NCBI RefSeq assembly: GCF_009914755.1
Contig: NC_060925.1
DNA length: 64,000 nt
Source of the DNA: the human T2T-CHM13v2.0 reference genome, Homo sapiens
Reading direction: 5' to 3' (one strand)
In this document: in pieces, positions 52,488-64,000 of the stretch
Position numbering within the stretch: the stretch's first letter is position 1
Layout of the letters: every line of letters starts with the position of its first letter
The notes under the pieces: generated by a model
Databases searched by the model: none
What the model was told of the DNA's origin: nothing
The model's input: only the letters and a program-made list of their open reading frames with translations
Position numbers and translations under genes: made by a program

Positions 52488-52726
52488 GCTTTCTTTTGAT
52501 GAATGGGGCTCTCCCCTGTCAGCTTATAAAGGGCGAACTTGAAGTCAGTAACACCTTGATTTTCTATGGTGAAGGTGGTGCTTTTACGAGTGCCACAGAT
52601 CAAAGCTCCAAAGTTGATGACAGAGGAGGGGGTGATGTTGTATTTGGAATATACTGCATTCGCGGAAAACTTAATTGGGATGCTGGCAATGATCTCACCT
52701 CCTTCTGAAATATTGGGCTCAATAAT
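52488..52726 (-). CDS. HYDIN2: HYDIN-like exon E (~ex57), 239 nt: IIEPNISEGGEIIASIPIKF...GESPIHQKK
   Basis: ttttag|ATT ... AAAGC|gtaaga; phase 0->2; open frame. Confidence 0.9.
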
Positions 52727-53202
52727 CTAAAACGGGAAGAAGAATGAGCAAGTCAGCCACTGCTGTAGCTACAGAATTCCCATGATTATCTACCCCATTC
52801 CCTATTTTCATCATTGACATGAAGCCATGTTCTTTATTTCACTGTCTTCGTATTATTGCGAACACTAAAACAGAGCTTACTGTGTACCAGCCAAGGGTCA
52901 ACATAGCCAACTTTTCCTCATGTTTTCAGTTCCCTGCTCATCCTTTGCACTTGATGATGGGACTCAGCTTCCCTGCCTCTGATGCTCCCCAAAGACCTGG
53001 GGGCACATTTCCTCACTGGATCTAATTCTGATGACTTTGCCTGATAGTTAGGACAGAACCCCGGTGTATCCTATCTGGTTGCCACCCAGGCCAGCCCTCC
53101 CCTTTTCTCCCTGGAGCATGGATTAGGTCATGTATCCTTCTTTGCAACAGGAATCGTACGATCCTGCCATTGAGGCAGCCCCTCCCTTTGGAGCTCTCTT
53201 AC

Positions 53203-53371
53203 CTGACAGCGCAGAACAGGCTGGTGCTCAATCTTCACTTCCTTTTTTGCATGGAAGAAAACTTGGACATTTGTGGGTTTTTCTGTTGGGGTCAGTGAAC
53301 CCTTTTTGGGTTGGACTGAGATCATGGAATTTATATTAGGTGTTGAAATCCCTACAGAGTCCACGGAAAAG
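53203..53371 (-). CDS. HYDIN2: HYDIN-like exon D (~ex56), 169 nt: SFSVDSVGISTPN...HQPVLRCQ
   Basis: tttcag|C ... CAG|gtaaga; phase 2->0. Confidence 0.9.
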
Positions 53372-54344
53372 CTGAAAGACAAGTATAAGAAGTCAGCCTA
53401 GGTCATTATCGCGGGAACTCAAGATCCCAGAGAGGAGACTCTAGATGGTTGAGTGCCTGCTGTGTTTCCAGCCCTGTTTAGCCACTACGTCCGGCGGAGT
53501 CCACTGTGCTTTGTACATCGTGATCGCCTCTCCTTAGCCAGGATTGACCAGGCTAGGAATTGATGCTTACGGCAAAGACAGCCATACTCTATCCCATGGT
53601 CAAGAGAGGCCATTGCAGGAGATCTCTGTCCAACAGGGACATTGGATACTGAAAAAGGACCAACTAAATTAATTCTCTCTTTCTCTGTTTGTGTCTGTCT
53701 GGCTTTTAGCACATGCAGAGCGAACAGTGACACAGAAACCAGAGAACCTGGGGAGAGAGACAGCAGGGAGGGGGCAGGGGTCCTGTAACAGAGGTACTGG
53801 GGAGGGAAGCCCATGGCCTACTGGAGGTGAGGCAAGAACCACAGGAAGAAGCTGGCTCATGAGACCGACAGAGGGACTGCCGTAGGCTCAAGATGTATCC
53901 CACCTAGGCAGAGGTGGGATGCCCGGAGTTGCTGTGGGGCTCTGAATGTCACCGCCATGCTCCAGGAGACCCTGGCTGCCCAATTACCTGCACCCCTGTG
54001 CTTCCTTGCTTCCCTGCACATTCTTTCAACAAACCCTCTATCACCTGTTCCAACCTGAGAGTGACTCCATTCCATGCAACCTCAAAGAGCACAGCTAATG
54101 CCCCTGTCTTAATCTAAAAGAAAACTCACCAACAGGCAAGATTCCACTTAGCACTAATTCCAAACTGACAGGGGAAAAGTCTCTTTGTCATCTGTGAATT
54201 CTTGGGGAAGGAGAACTTTCCATGGAATGAAAAGTGTGGGCACTGCCATGAAGGGCTGTGTGGCCCTGTCTGAGGGGTGTTTCCCTGCCTCCTCCCGTGT
54301 GCCACCCTTTCCTTGCTGAGGAGCCTCCCTGATTTTGTGTTACT

Positions 54345-54349
54345 TTTTC

Positions 54350-54384
<35 letters not shown>

Positions 54385-54673
54385 GAGACAGGGTCTCGCT
54401 CTGTTGCTGAGGCTGGAGTGCAGTGGCACGATCACGGCTCACTGCAGCCTTGACCTCTCTGGGCTCAAGCGATCCTCCCATTCCAGTCTCCCAAGTAGAT
54501 GGGACTACAAGTGATATGACCACCACGCCTAGCTAACTTTTTTTGTATTTTGTAGAGGCAGGGGGGTCTTGCCACTTTGCTCAGGCTGGTCTCCAACTCC
54601 TGGGCTCAAGCAATCTGCCTGCCTTCACCTCCTACAGTGCTGGGATTACAGGCATGAGCCATCACACCCAGCC
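54345..54673 (-). mobile_element. AluJ
   Basis: Reverse Alu consensus. Confidence 0.85.
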
Positions 54674-55174
54674 TCTGTGTTTCATTTTTTATCTCTGGGG
54701 ATGAGCACAAGCCAGAGCTCTATTCTACCAAGCTACTATTTGGATTGTACAATATCGTGATTCTTAGAATGTAATGAAAAAGGAAAGCCCTTTCTTCACA
54801 TGAAATCTGCTGAAGAAGGTCTCCTTGTAAAGCAGATAAGAGCTGGCAGAAGGCAGGACAGCTTGAGGCCAGGTCGCCCATCTCCAGTCTCTCCCTCCAC
54901 CCTGGGACCTCTTCTCACCCCTAGAATCTCCCCCTCCCGGCCTCTTCCCCTAAGTCTCTTCCTCCATTCCCAGACACCTATGGTTCCAACTGGCCAGGTA
55001 CATCCGGGCCACTTAAAGGGCCCTGTTAAGCTGCAGAGTTGAGAGCAGTGTGAGAATCTCTGCTTCCTTAGCAGGTGGAATTCCATTCTTTTGAAGCCAA
55101 GGGAGGCAAAAAAGCAGAGACGGTTCTTATGATTTCCTTGACTGACTGATAAGTTTCCCAGACACGCTATTCCC

Positions 55175-55322
55175 CACGGTGGACTTGACGGCCGCAAACC
55201 CTATGGGATTCAGGTTACCTGAACACGATCTCATATTTCCCCACATTCCTCCACACGGCGGACTTGATGGCCTTACATCTGATGGGATTCCAGTTACCTG
55301 AACGCGATCTCATATTTCCCAC
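55175..55322. repeat. ~79-bp diverged tandem duplication spanning the exon C 5' splice site
   Basis: cacgg.ggacttga.ggcc...atgggattc..gttacctgaac.cgatctcatatttccc occurs twice. Confidence 0.85.
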
Positions 55323-55397
55323 GGTTCTTCAATTGCAGGGGCTGCTTCGCCTCCTCTGTGACCCTGACAATCCCAAAATCCAGTCCCCCTTCAGCTC
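55298..55397 (-). CDS. HYDIN2: HYDIN-like exon C (~ex55), 100 nt: GAEGGLDFGIVRVTEEAKQPLQLKNRGKYEIAF
   Basis: ctctgcag|GA ... TTCAG|gtaact; phase 1->2. Confidence 0.9.
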
Positions 55398-56064
55398 CTG
55401 CAGAGACCAGGGGCCAGGGCAGAGAGGGGTGAATGGGCATGAGAGTGGGAAGCAGGGGAAGTGCCTGTTGAAATTCACATGGAAAACGCATGGTGACAGT
55501 TTAAGAGAATTTGTTTTCTGAAAGTACTGTGGCTAGAAAAGCCTCTTATAATTGAATCTGGGCAAACAAACAACAGATGCTGCTCTTGATGCACTCTACA
55601 GGGCTGGTCCCTCTGGATTCCCTCCATCCTAGGATCATTGCCTTTCATGTCTACCATCAGCTAAAACTTTCAGTATTTAAAAAAGTCTTGCATAAAGTTG
55701 GGATATTACACATATATTTATGTTGTTTTACTTAGTATTACTTCATAAGCATTTCCCCCAAATAATTAAAAACTCCTCATAAGTGTGTTCTTTGGGGCTG
55801 CATAATATCCCACGATATGGTGGTTCCATAATTCATGATATTATTCCTACAATACTATTATTTCATTATTGATGGGCATTTAGGTTTTTCCAACTTTTCA
55901 TTGTTATAAAAAATGCTGCAATAAAAGATCTTTGTACATGAGACTCATGACATCTAAACACGTGGCTCTAACATTCTATGAGTTTTGCTGAGGAGACCTC
56001 TTGGGGAAAGGAGGGAAATGCAGAGCTGTAGGCTAAAGGGAGAGCTGAAACTCGGGTGTTAGGG

Positions 56065-56554
56065 CAGTGCAGGGACAGATAACAGCCTCAGCCCCACCTC
56101 CCAATTCCTGGAATCTGTGAGTATGCTACCTTACATGGCACAGGGGAATTAAAGAAGCAGATGGAATTAATTCACTGACCTACAAATACAGAGATTAATT
56201 TGGAATATCTTGGTCAGCTCAATATAATCACAAGGGGGCTTAAGAGCAAAAGAGGAAGGCAGGGTGGGAGAACCAGAGAAAAGGCAACGTGAGATGGAGT
56301 TGGCCCAACCTTGCTGTCTTTGAATGTGGAGGAAGGGGACCATGTGGGCGGCCTCTAGGAGTTGGAAACGGTATGGAAATGGATTCTCCCCCAGAGCTTC
56401 CAGAAGGGAAGGCAGCCCTGCTGACACCTTGATTTTAGCCCAGTGAGACCCATTTTGCACTTGTGACTTCCAGAACTGTAGGGCAATATGTTTGTGTTGT
56501 TTTAAGCCAGAAAGCTTATGGGGACATTTTATGGCAGTGATAGAAAACTAATAC
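56065..56554 (+). mobile_element. MLT1 (C/D-like) MaLR LTR
   Basis: cctggaatctgtgagtatgctaccttacatggca...ccagaactgta...aaactaataca. Confidence 0.7.
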
Positions 56555-56829
56555 AGGAAAGAGGAGAGGTGTTTACTGTAAATGACTGCTCTGAAAAGAG
56601 CTCTGCAAATTTTACATCTATGACCACCCGCTTTCTACCTCTGGTTGGAGAAATTACGATTTGTAGTCATGTTGCTAATATCACTCTGGGGCTCACATTA
56701 TTATTTATTAAAATTGCCCCACCCCCAATCCCTGCAATACTAACAACACACTAGCCTTTCTCTACACAGAAATACACTATACAAAAGACCCAACTTCCAA
56801 ACATCCTGTCCTTGAAGGGCCCAACAGAC

Positions 56830-56929
56830 CTTTGGGGAAGGTGATGTCCAAGGCGATGTCGTATGCCTCTGCAAAGACCATGATATTTTCAATCTGAACA
56901 ACACCAAGAAGATTTTCTGCATCTAAAAC
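56830..56929 (-). CDS. HYDIN2: HYDIN-like exon B (~ex54), 100 nt: VLDAENLLGVVQIENIMVFAEAYDIALDITFPK
   Basis: ccctgccag|GTT ... AAAG|gtctgt; phase 0->1. The ORF track shows this region in the wrong frame. Confidence 0.9.
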
Positions 56930-57031
56930 CTGGCAGGGAAAGGGAAATTCTTCAGTAAAAGCAAGACCTATAGGTGCTTGGAGCCTGAAACATGTAATAT
57001 CCTAAAGGGGATACGGCAGGGAACGTTTTGA

Positions 57032-57503
<472 letters not shown>

Positions 57504-58738
57504 TGTTTTTTTTTTGTTTTTTTTTTAACTTCTAAATCAAATGAACCTAGTGAGCACTGCCCTGACAGTTGAAATGGAAAACCTTTATGCTCCAGGTCAT
57601 CCTTGCTCTACTCATTTTATAAATTTGAATCGTTCTGTTCTTTGTTTGTGGCTCAGCCTGTGGGGAAAGTGCTAGACTTTTCGTAGAAAGCAAGTGTTTA
57701 ATGTTTGGAAATACCCAATGTTTTATTTCTGTGAATATCGTGGACCCCTCTGTTGTCATGCCTGGGGATGGTCCCTCCCTCATTGTTCTCTGGCACCTCT
57801 AAACTGCTGCAGCTGTCAGCCTGACCTGATTGCTGACTCTTTTTTTCCCTCTTCTTTATATATACATATATTTTATTTTGATAGCTTTTGGGGGTACAAA
57901 TGGTTAGACTGACAACCCACAGAATGGCAGAAAATATTTGCAAACTATGCATCTGACAAAGGACTAATATCCAGAATATACAAGGAACTCAATCAAATCA
58001 ACAAAAAAATCCCCAGATAATCCCATCAAAAAGTGGGTAAATGACATGAACCAACTGTTGCCTCTTGAGGCTAACTAGGAGGCGGTAAAGGGTCCATCTG
58101 TCCAGGAAAAGAACTGGGGGGCAGTGGGGGAAGCTCTCCTGGGTCTGCTCTGGGGAGTCCACCTCTGTCTTTGCTCCAGTTGAAAGCCCAAGCCACCCAC
58201 TCCCTATTGCATGTGCTTTGGGTGCCAGGAGGAAATTTGCAGCTGTCACCAAACTCAAGTTTTAATTCAGAATTTCCATCTTCTCTTTCATTAGATGCTT
58301 GCCAATGTTTCACAGAGCAAACTGGACCGACTTGAGTTTCGCCTTCTTTCTCTGACTGCTTGCCCTCTGACAGATGACAAGATGGGCTGACAGGATGTGT
58401 GTAGTGCCTCCCTCTTGAGGGATGCCAAGTGCCTGGAGCCTTCTATTTCTTGGCTTCCCCAGGGTGGGTCGGAGGCAGTGGGGAGGCTGAATTTTGAATT
58501 GAGGAAAATAGGAAGGACAATTGAAGAGTTATACAGATGAAATAAAACAAGTTCACCAAAGGCTTTCAAAAGGGACTGGAGATGAAGGCATTTCCTTCTG
58601 TGGATGTGGAAGTGAATATAAGTTCACTTCGCGGGGCTCTACGGAGGTCCACGCTGCTTTGTTCAGAGCCCTAATCAGGCTGCTGTTTGGCTGGGACACA
58701 TGGAGATGGTCACAACAGTTGTGAAAATACAAAAATGT

Positions 58739-59050
58739 GGCCGGTTGCAGTGGCTCACGCCTATAATCCCAGCACTTTGGGAGGACAAGGGGGGCAGATC
58801 GCTTGAGCTCAGGAGTTTGGGACCTGCCTGGGCAACATGGCAAGACCTCATCTCTACAAAAAATACAAAAATTAGCTGGGTGTGGTGGTGCACGCCTGTG
58901 GTCCTAGCTACTCAGGAGGCTGAGGTGGGAGGATTGCTTGAGCCCAGGAGGTGGAAGTTGCAGTGAGCTGAGATTGCACCACTGCACTCCAGCCTGAGCA
59001 ACAGAGTAAGACCCTGTGTCAAGAAAAATAAAACAAAATAATAATAAAAA
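58739..59050 (+). mobile_element. AluJ
   Basis: Alu consensus. Confidence 0.85.
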
Positions 59051-59568
59051 CAAAAGCCTTTCTGTACCAGTTGGTAAGCAGCTGTCATGATGACCTCTCC
59101 AATATCCCCTTGCTGCCTGCCTCCTGTGCATCCCCACCACAGGAACCCCTGGACTCCCCATGATCCAGCAACTAAAGGACGAAGCTGGCACAGCTGTGGG
59201 ACTCCAGGCCCTACACCAGCCAGGGGTCTGGGTACCTGGTGCAGAGCTCTGTGCCTGTGCAGAGGCTGGTGCTAAAAGCGTTGACCAGAACCTCTGGGCT
59301 TCTACACATTCATGGAGTGAATGAATCTATCAATATCTGTTTTCAGCCCTTTCAGTGAAGGGCTGTCATTGATAAGGGATAAGAGAGATTAGATCCACTG
59401 AGTGGCCCCAAAAGGTAGAAACATGATTCATGCATGTAATTGACAGGAAGAATTCTGAGCTCAACCCAAAGAAGAATTGACAGACCTGTTTAAAGGCAGA
59501 ACAGGCTGCTTTAAGCGGTAGTGGTAAATTTTCTGTTCCTGGAAGCATTCAAAGAGAAGCTGGGATGA

Positions 59569-59936
<368 letters not shown>

Positions 59937-60032
59937 AGTTCAAGTACTAAAACTCAATGGCATTCATTCATTCATTAGATTCTGCTAAGTGCCTACTTCA
60001 TCCAATCCCATGCTAGACACTGGGAATATGAT

Positions 60033-60494
60033 GGTATGGGGGGTTGAACTGTGGTCCCCCAAAAAGTATGTCTACTTCTTAACTCCTGGAGCCTGTGAAT
60101 ATGACCTTATTTGGAAAAAAGGGTATTTGTGGATTTAATTAAGTCAAAGATCTAGAGATGAGATCGTCTTAGATTATCTGAGTGTGCCTTAAATCCAATG
60201 ATAAATATTCTTATAAGAGACGGAAGAGAAGACACAGACAGAAGAGGTGTTGTGATGATGACAGAGGCAGAGACTGGAGTGATGCAGCCACAAGCTGAGA
60301 ACACTCGCAGGAGACCCCAGAAGCTGAAGGGGAGAGAGAGGAAGGGTTCTTCCCTGGAGCCTTCAGAGAGAGCATGGCCCTGCCGGCACCTTGATTTTGG
60401 ACATCTCGCCTCCAGAACGGTGAGAGAGGAATGTCTGTTTTTTAGTCACCCAGTATATGCTAATTTGTTGTAGCAGCCTTGGGGAACTAAGACA
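60033..60494 (+). mobile_element. MLT1 (B/C-like) MaLR LTR
   Basis: gggttgaactgtggtccccaaaaag...gcagccttggggaactaagaca. Confidence 0.75.
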
Positions 60495-61069
60495 GATGTT
60501 AAGTCAGGTGAGATCCTGCCCTGATGCAGTTCATATAAGAAAGTAAAGAAAGAAGCAGGATAATGTTAGGAAGAGGTGGTGCTCTGAAGGATGGAAGACG
60601 GGGTGGGTTATTGCACATAAGAGGGATTCTCTCAAAGGGATGATTAGAGAAGCCCAGTTGAAACAGCAATGTTGGGGGACCCTAAAGCTGGAGCCTAAGG
60701 GCAGATTCCCAGCAGGGTTGCAACAAGGTCAGTGGCTTGAACCAAGAAAGAGCCAAGACAGTGCGTGGGAGCCAATGATTGAGGGCGAGGGTGGAGCAAG
60801 TTGCGATGTGGAGGCAGGCATTGTCTCAGAGGCAGGTGAGGACCCCGGGCTTTATTCCTACTGCAGTGGGAAGCCAGGAGAGTGCGTTAGGTGGGGCATA
60901 ACCTGTCTGAATGACATTGTAAAGATCCCTCTGGACACTGTGGCGAATGCCAACAGGGAAGCCAGTTAGGAAACCTCTGTAGAAGTCCAGGTGAGAGAAG
61001 CTGCAGGTGGCCTGGACAAGGTGGTGGCAACAGCGAGGAGAAAGAAGTGGATGGGAAAGATACATCGTG

Positions 61070-61418
<349 letters not shown>

Positions 61419-61768
61419 TTAAGAAAAGGGGGAATTAAGGCTGATCCCCAGGTGTCTGTTGGGAGCAACAGGGTGGAGGGTGACATTTCCCCAGATAGGA
61501 ATCCGATAGGTGACTGGGTTTAGGAGTGTGAAATCAGGACTCTGATGCTTACCTAGGTATAGCAACACCATTTGTTCATTTGTTCATTCATTCATTCATT
61601 CATTCATTTATTTGTTCCTTCCTTCCACATTGATTGCTCTGTTCCTGGCACTGGGGAATCAGCCATAAGCAATATTGCCTCTATGGAGCTTGCAGTTGTG
61701 TGCACAGCAAGAGATTGTGGACTGGGGATATCGAAAGGGGATCAGATAGGAGCATGTAACAGGGAGAC

Positions 61769-61771
<3 letters not shown>

Positions 61772-61816
<45 letters not shown>
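61772..61816. repeat. (TG)22 microsatellite
   Basis: Directly visible. Confidence 0.95.
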
Positions 61817-61818
<2 letters not shown>

Positions 61819-61858
61819 ATGCTTTGATAACCAAGTCTGTGGATGTGTGAAGCCTCAC

Positions 61859-62057
61859 CTCCAACCGAATAGCCTTCTTGATGTTGACAGGCTTGGTGGG
61901 CTGAAAGTACAGGTGCAGGCCGTACTCAGCCTCAGGGGGGATGGTCCCCTGCATCAGGGATACAGTGAAATCATCACCCAAGTGCTCCAGGCTGGTGATC
62001 CGCCAGGCCACAGGCAGGAGCGTGACATTGCGGAGAAGAACTACCCTGGATTCCTGT
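61859..62057 (-). CDS. HYDIN2: HYDIN-like exon A (~ex53), 199 nt: (R)QESRVVLLRNVTLLPVAW...KKAIRLE
   Basis: Acceptor ctctgcag|ACAG, donor GAG|gtgagg; ends phase 0. The 5' boundary assumes the upstream exon ends in phase 2. Confidence 0.88.
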
Positions 62058-62111
62058 CTGCAGAGACAAAAGGAAAGTTGCAATTTCATTTCAAATTTTG
62101 TAGTTTCATAT

Positions 62112-62415
62112 GTTTTTTTTTTAACTTTTGTTTTAGGTTCAGGGGTTCATGTGCAGGTTTGTTGTAGAGGTAAACTCATGTCATGGGGGTTTGCTGTACA
62201 GATTATTCCATCACCCAGGTCCTAAGCCTAGTACCCAATAGTTATTTTTTCTCCTCTTCTCCCTCCTCCCACCCTCCACCCGCAAGCATCCTCAAGTGTC
62301 TGTTGCTCCCCATTTTGTGCCCACTGGTTCTCATCACTTAGCTCCCACTTCCAAGTGAGAACATGGGGTATTTGGTTTTCCGTTCCTGCATTAGTTTGCT
62401 AAGGATAATGGCCAT
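62112..62415 (-). mobile_element. L1PA (older) 3' UTR fragment
   Basis: aggttcaggggttcatgtgcaggtttgtt...agctcccacttccaagtgagaacat. Confidence 0.75.
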
Positions 62416-62429
62416 AATCCTTAGCATAT

Positions 62430-62745
<316 letters not shown>

Positions 62746-62754
62746 AGCATATGA

Positions 62755-63143
<389 letters not shown>

Positions 63144-63492
63144 ATATTTTTACTTTGTGTTTCATTGAAAAAAAAATTCACATATAAGCAGACCCACCCA
63201 GTTCAAACCTGCATTGTTCAAAGGTCAACCGTATTTTCCTTTAGCACATTAAAAATGCCATTCTATTGTCTTCCAGCTTCCTTTGTTACTGATGAAGCGT
63301 CAGTCATATTGTATTTCATTTTATCCTGGCTGCTTTCAAGATTTTCTCTTAATTTCTGCTTTTAAGTAGTTGGACTAAACTTTGACTTAATGTGTTGACT
63401 TAATGTGTTATTTCTTGGTTATTAATCTATTATATAAAATAGGTGGAGTTGATATTATTAACCCCAGATGACCTATAAAAAACCTGAAACAT

Positions 63493-63953
<461 letters not shown>

Positions 63954-63956
63954 TTA

Positions 63957-63983
63957 AATATATATATATATATATATATATAT
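63957..63983. repeat. (TA)n microsatellite
   Basis: Directly visible. Confidence 0.9.
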
Positions 63984-64000
63984 TTTTGTCCCACTCTCTC

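Noticed and set aside
55175-55322. CRISPR-like repeat-spacer or any prokaryotic system
   Set aside because: Only two diverged copies overlapping a human splice site. The window is primate intronic DNA with no rRNA, tRNA, CRISPR or operon-like structure that I could recognise.

Overview
Human (primate) genomic DNA, rich in Alu, L1, MaLR and MER repeats. The window lies inside one large minus-strand gene of the HYDIN family (axonemal central-pair protein with ASH/Ig-like repeats). I traced 24 consecutive exons by hand (62057 down to 929, 4193 nt in total). All have GT-AG splice sites and their phases chain correctly, with one exception: the exon at 22927-23133 is 1 nt short. It frameshifts at ~22992 (ATC AGA AGT TCA AAG TAA) into a stop at 22976-22978. 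This frameshift, plus several residues that differ from the HYDIN protein as I recall it, points to the human-specific duplicate HYDIN2 (1q21.1) rather than ancestral HYDIN (16q22). Exon numbers (~53-76) are inferred from recalled HYDIN cDNA numbering. Other notable items: a 5'-truncated young L1 (L1PA2/3-like) cut exactly at the ORF1 stop, with ORF2 broken by one 4-bp deletion; a ~79-bp tandem duplication creating a second, poison 5' splice site; inverted AluYs enclosing an in-frame, stop-free two-exon cassette; and a 730-bp (CCAT)n tract. I found no new multi-gene system. Most listed short ORFs are repeat-derived or spurious.
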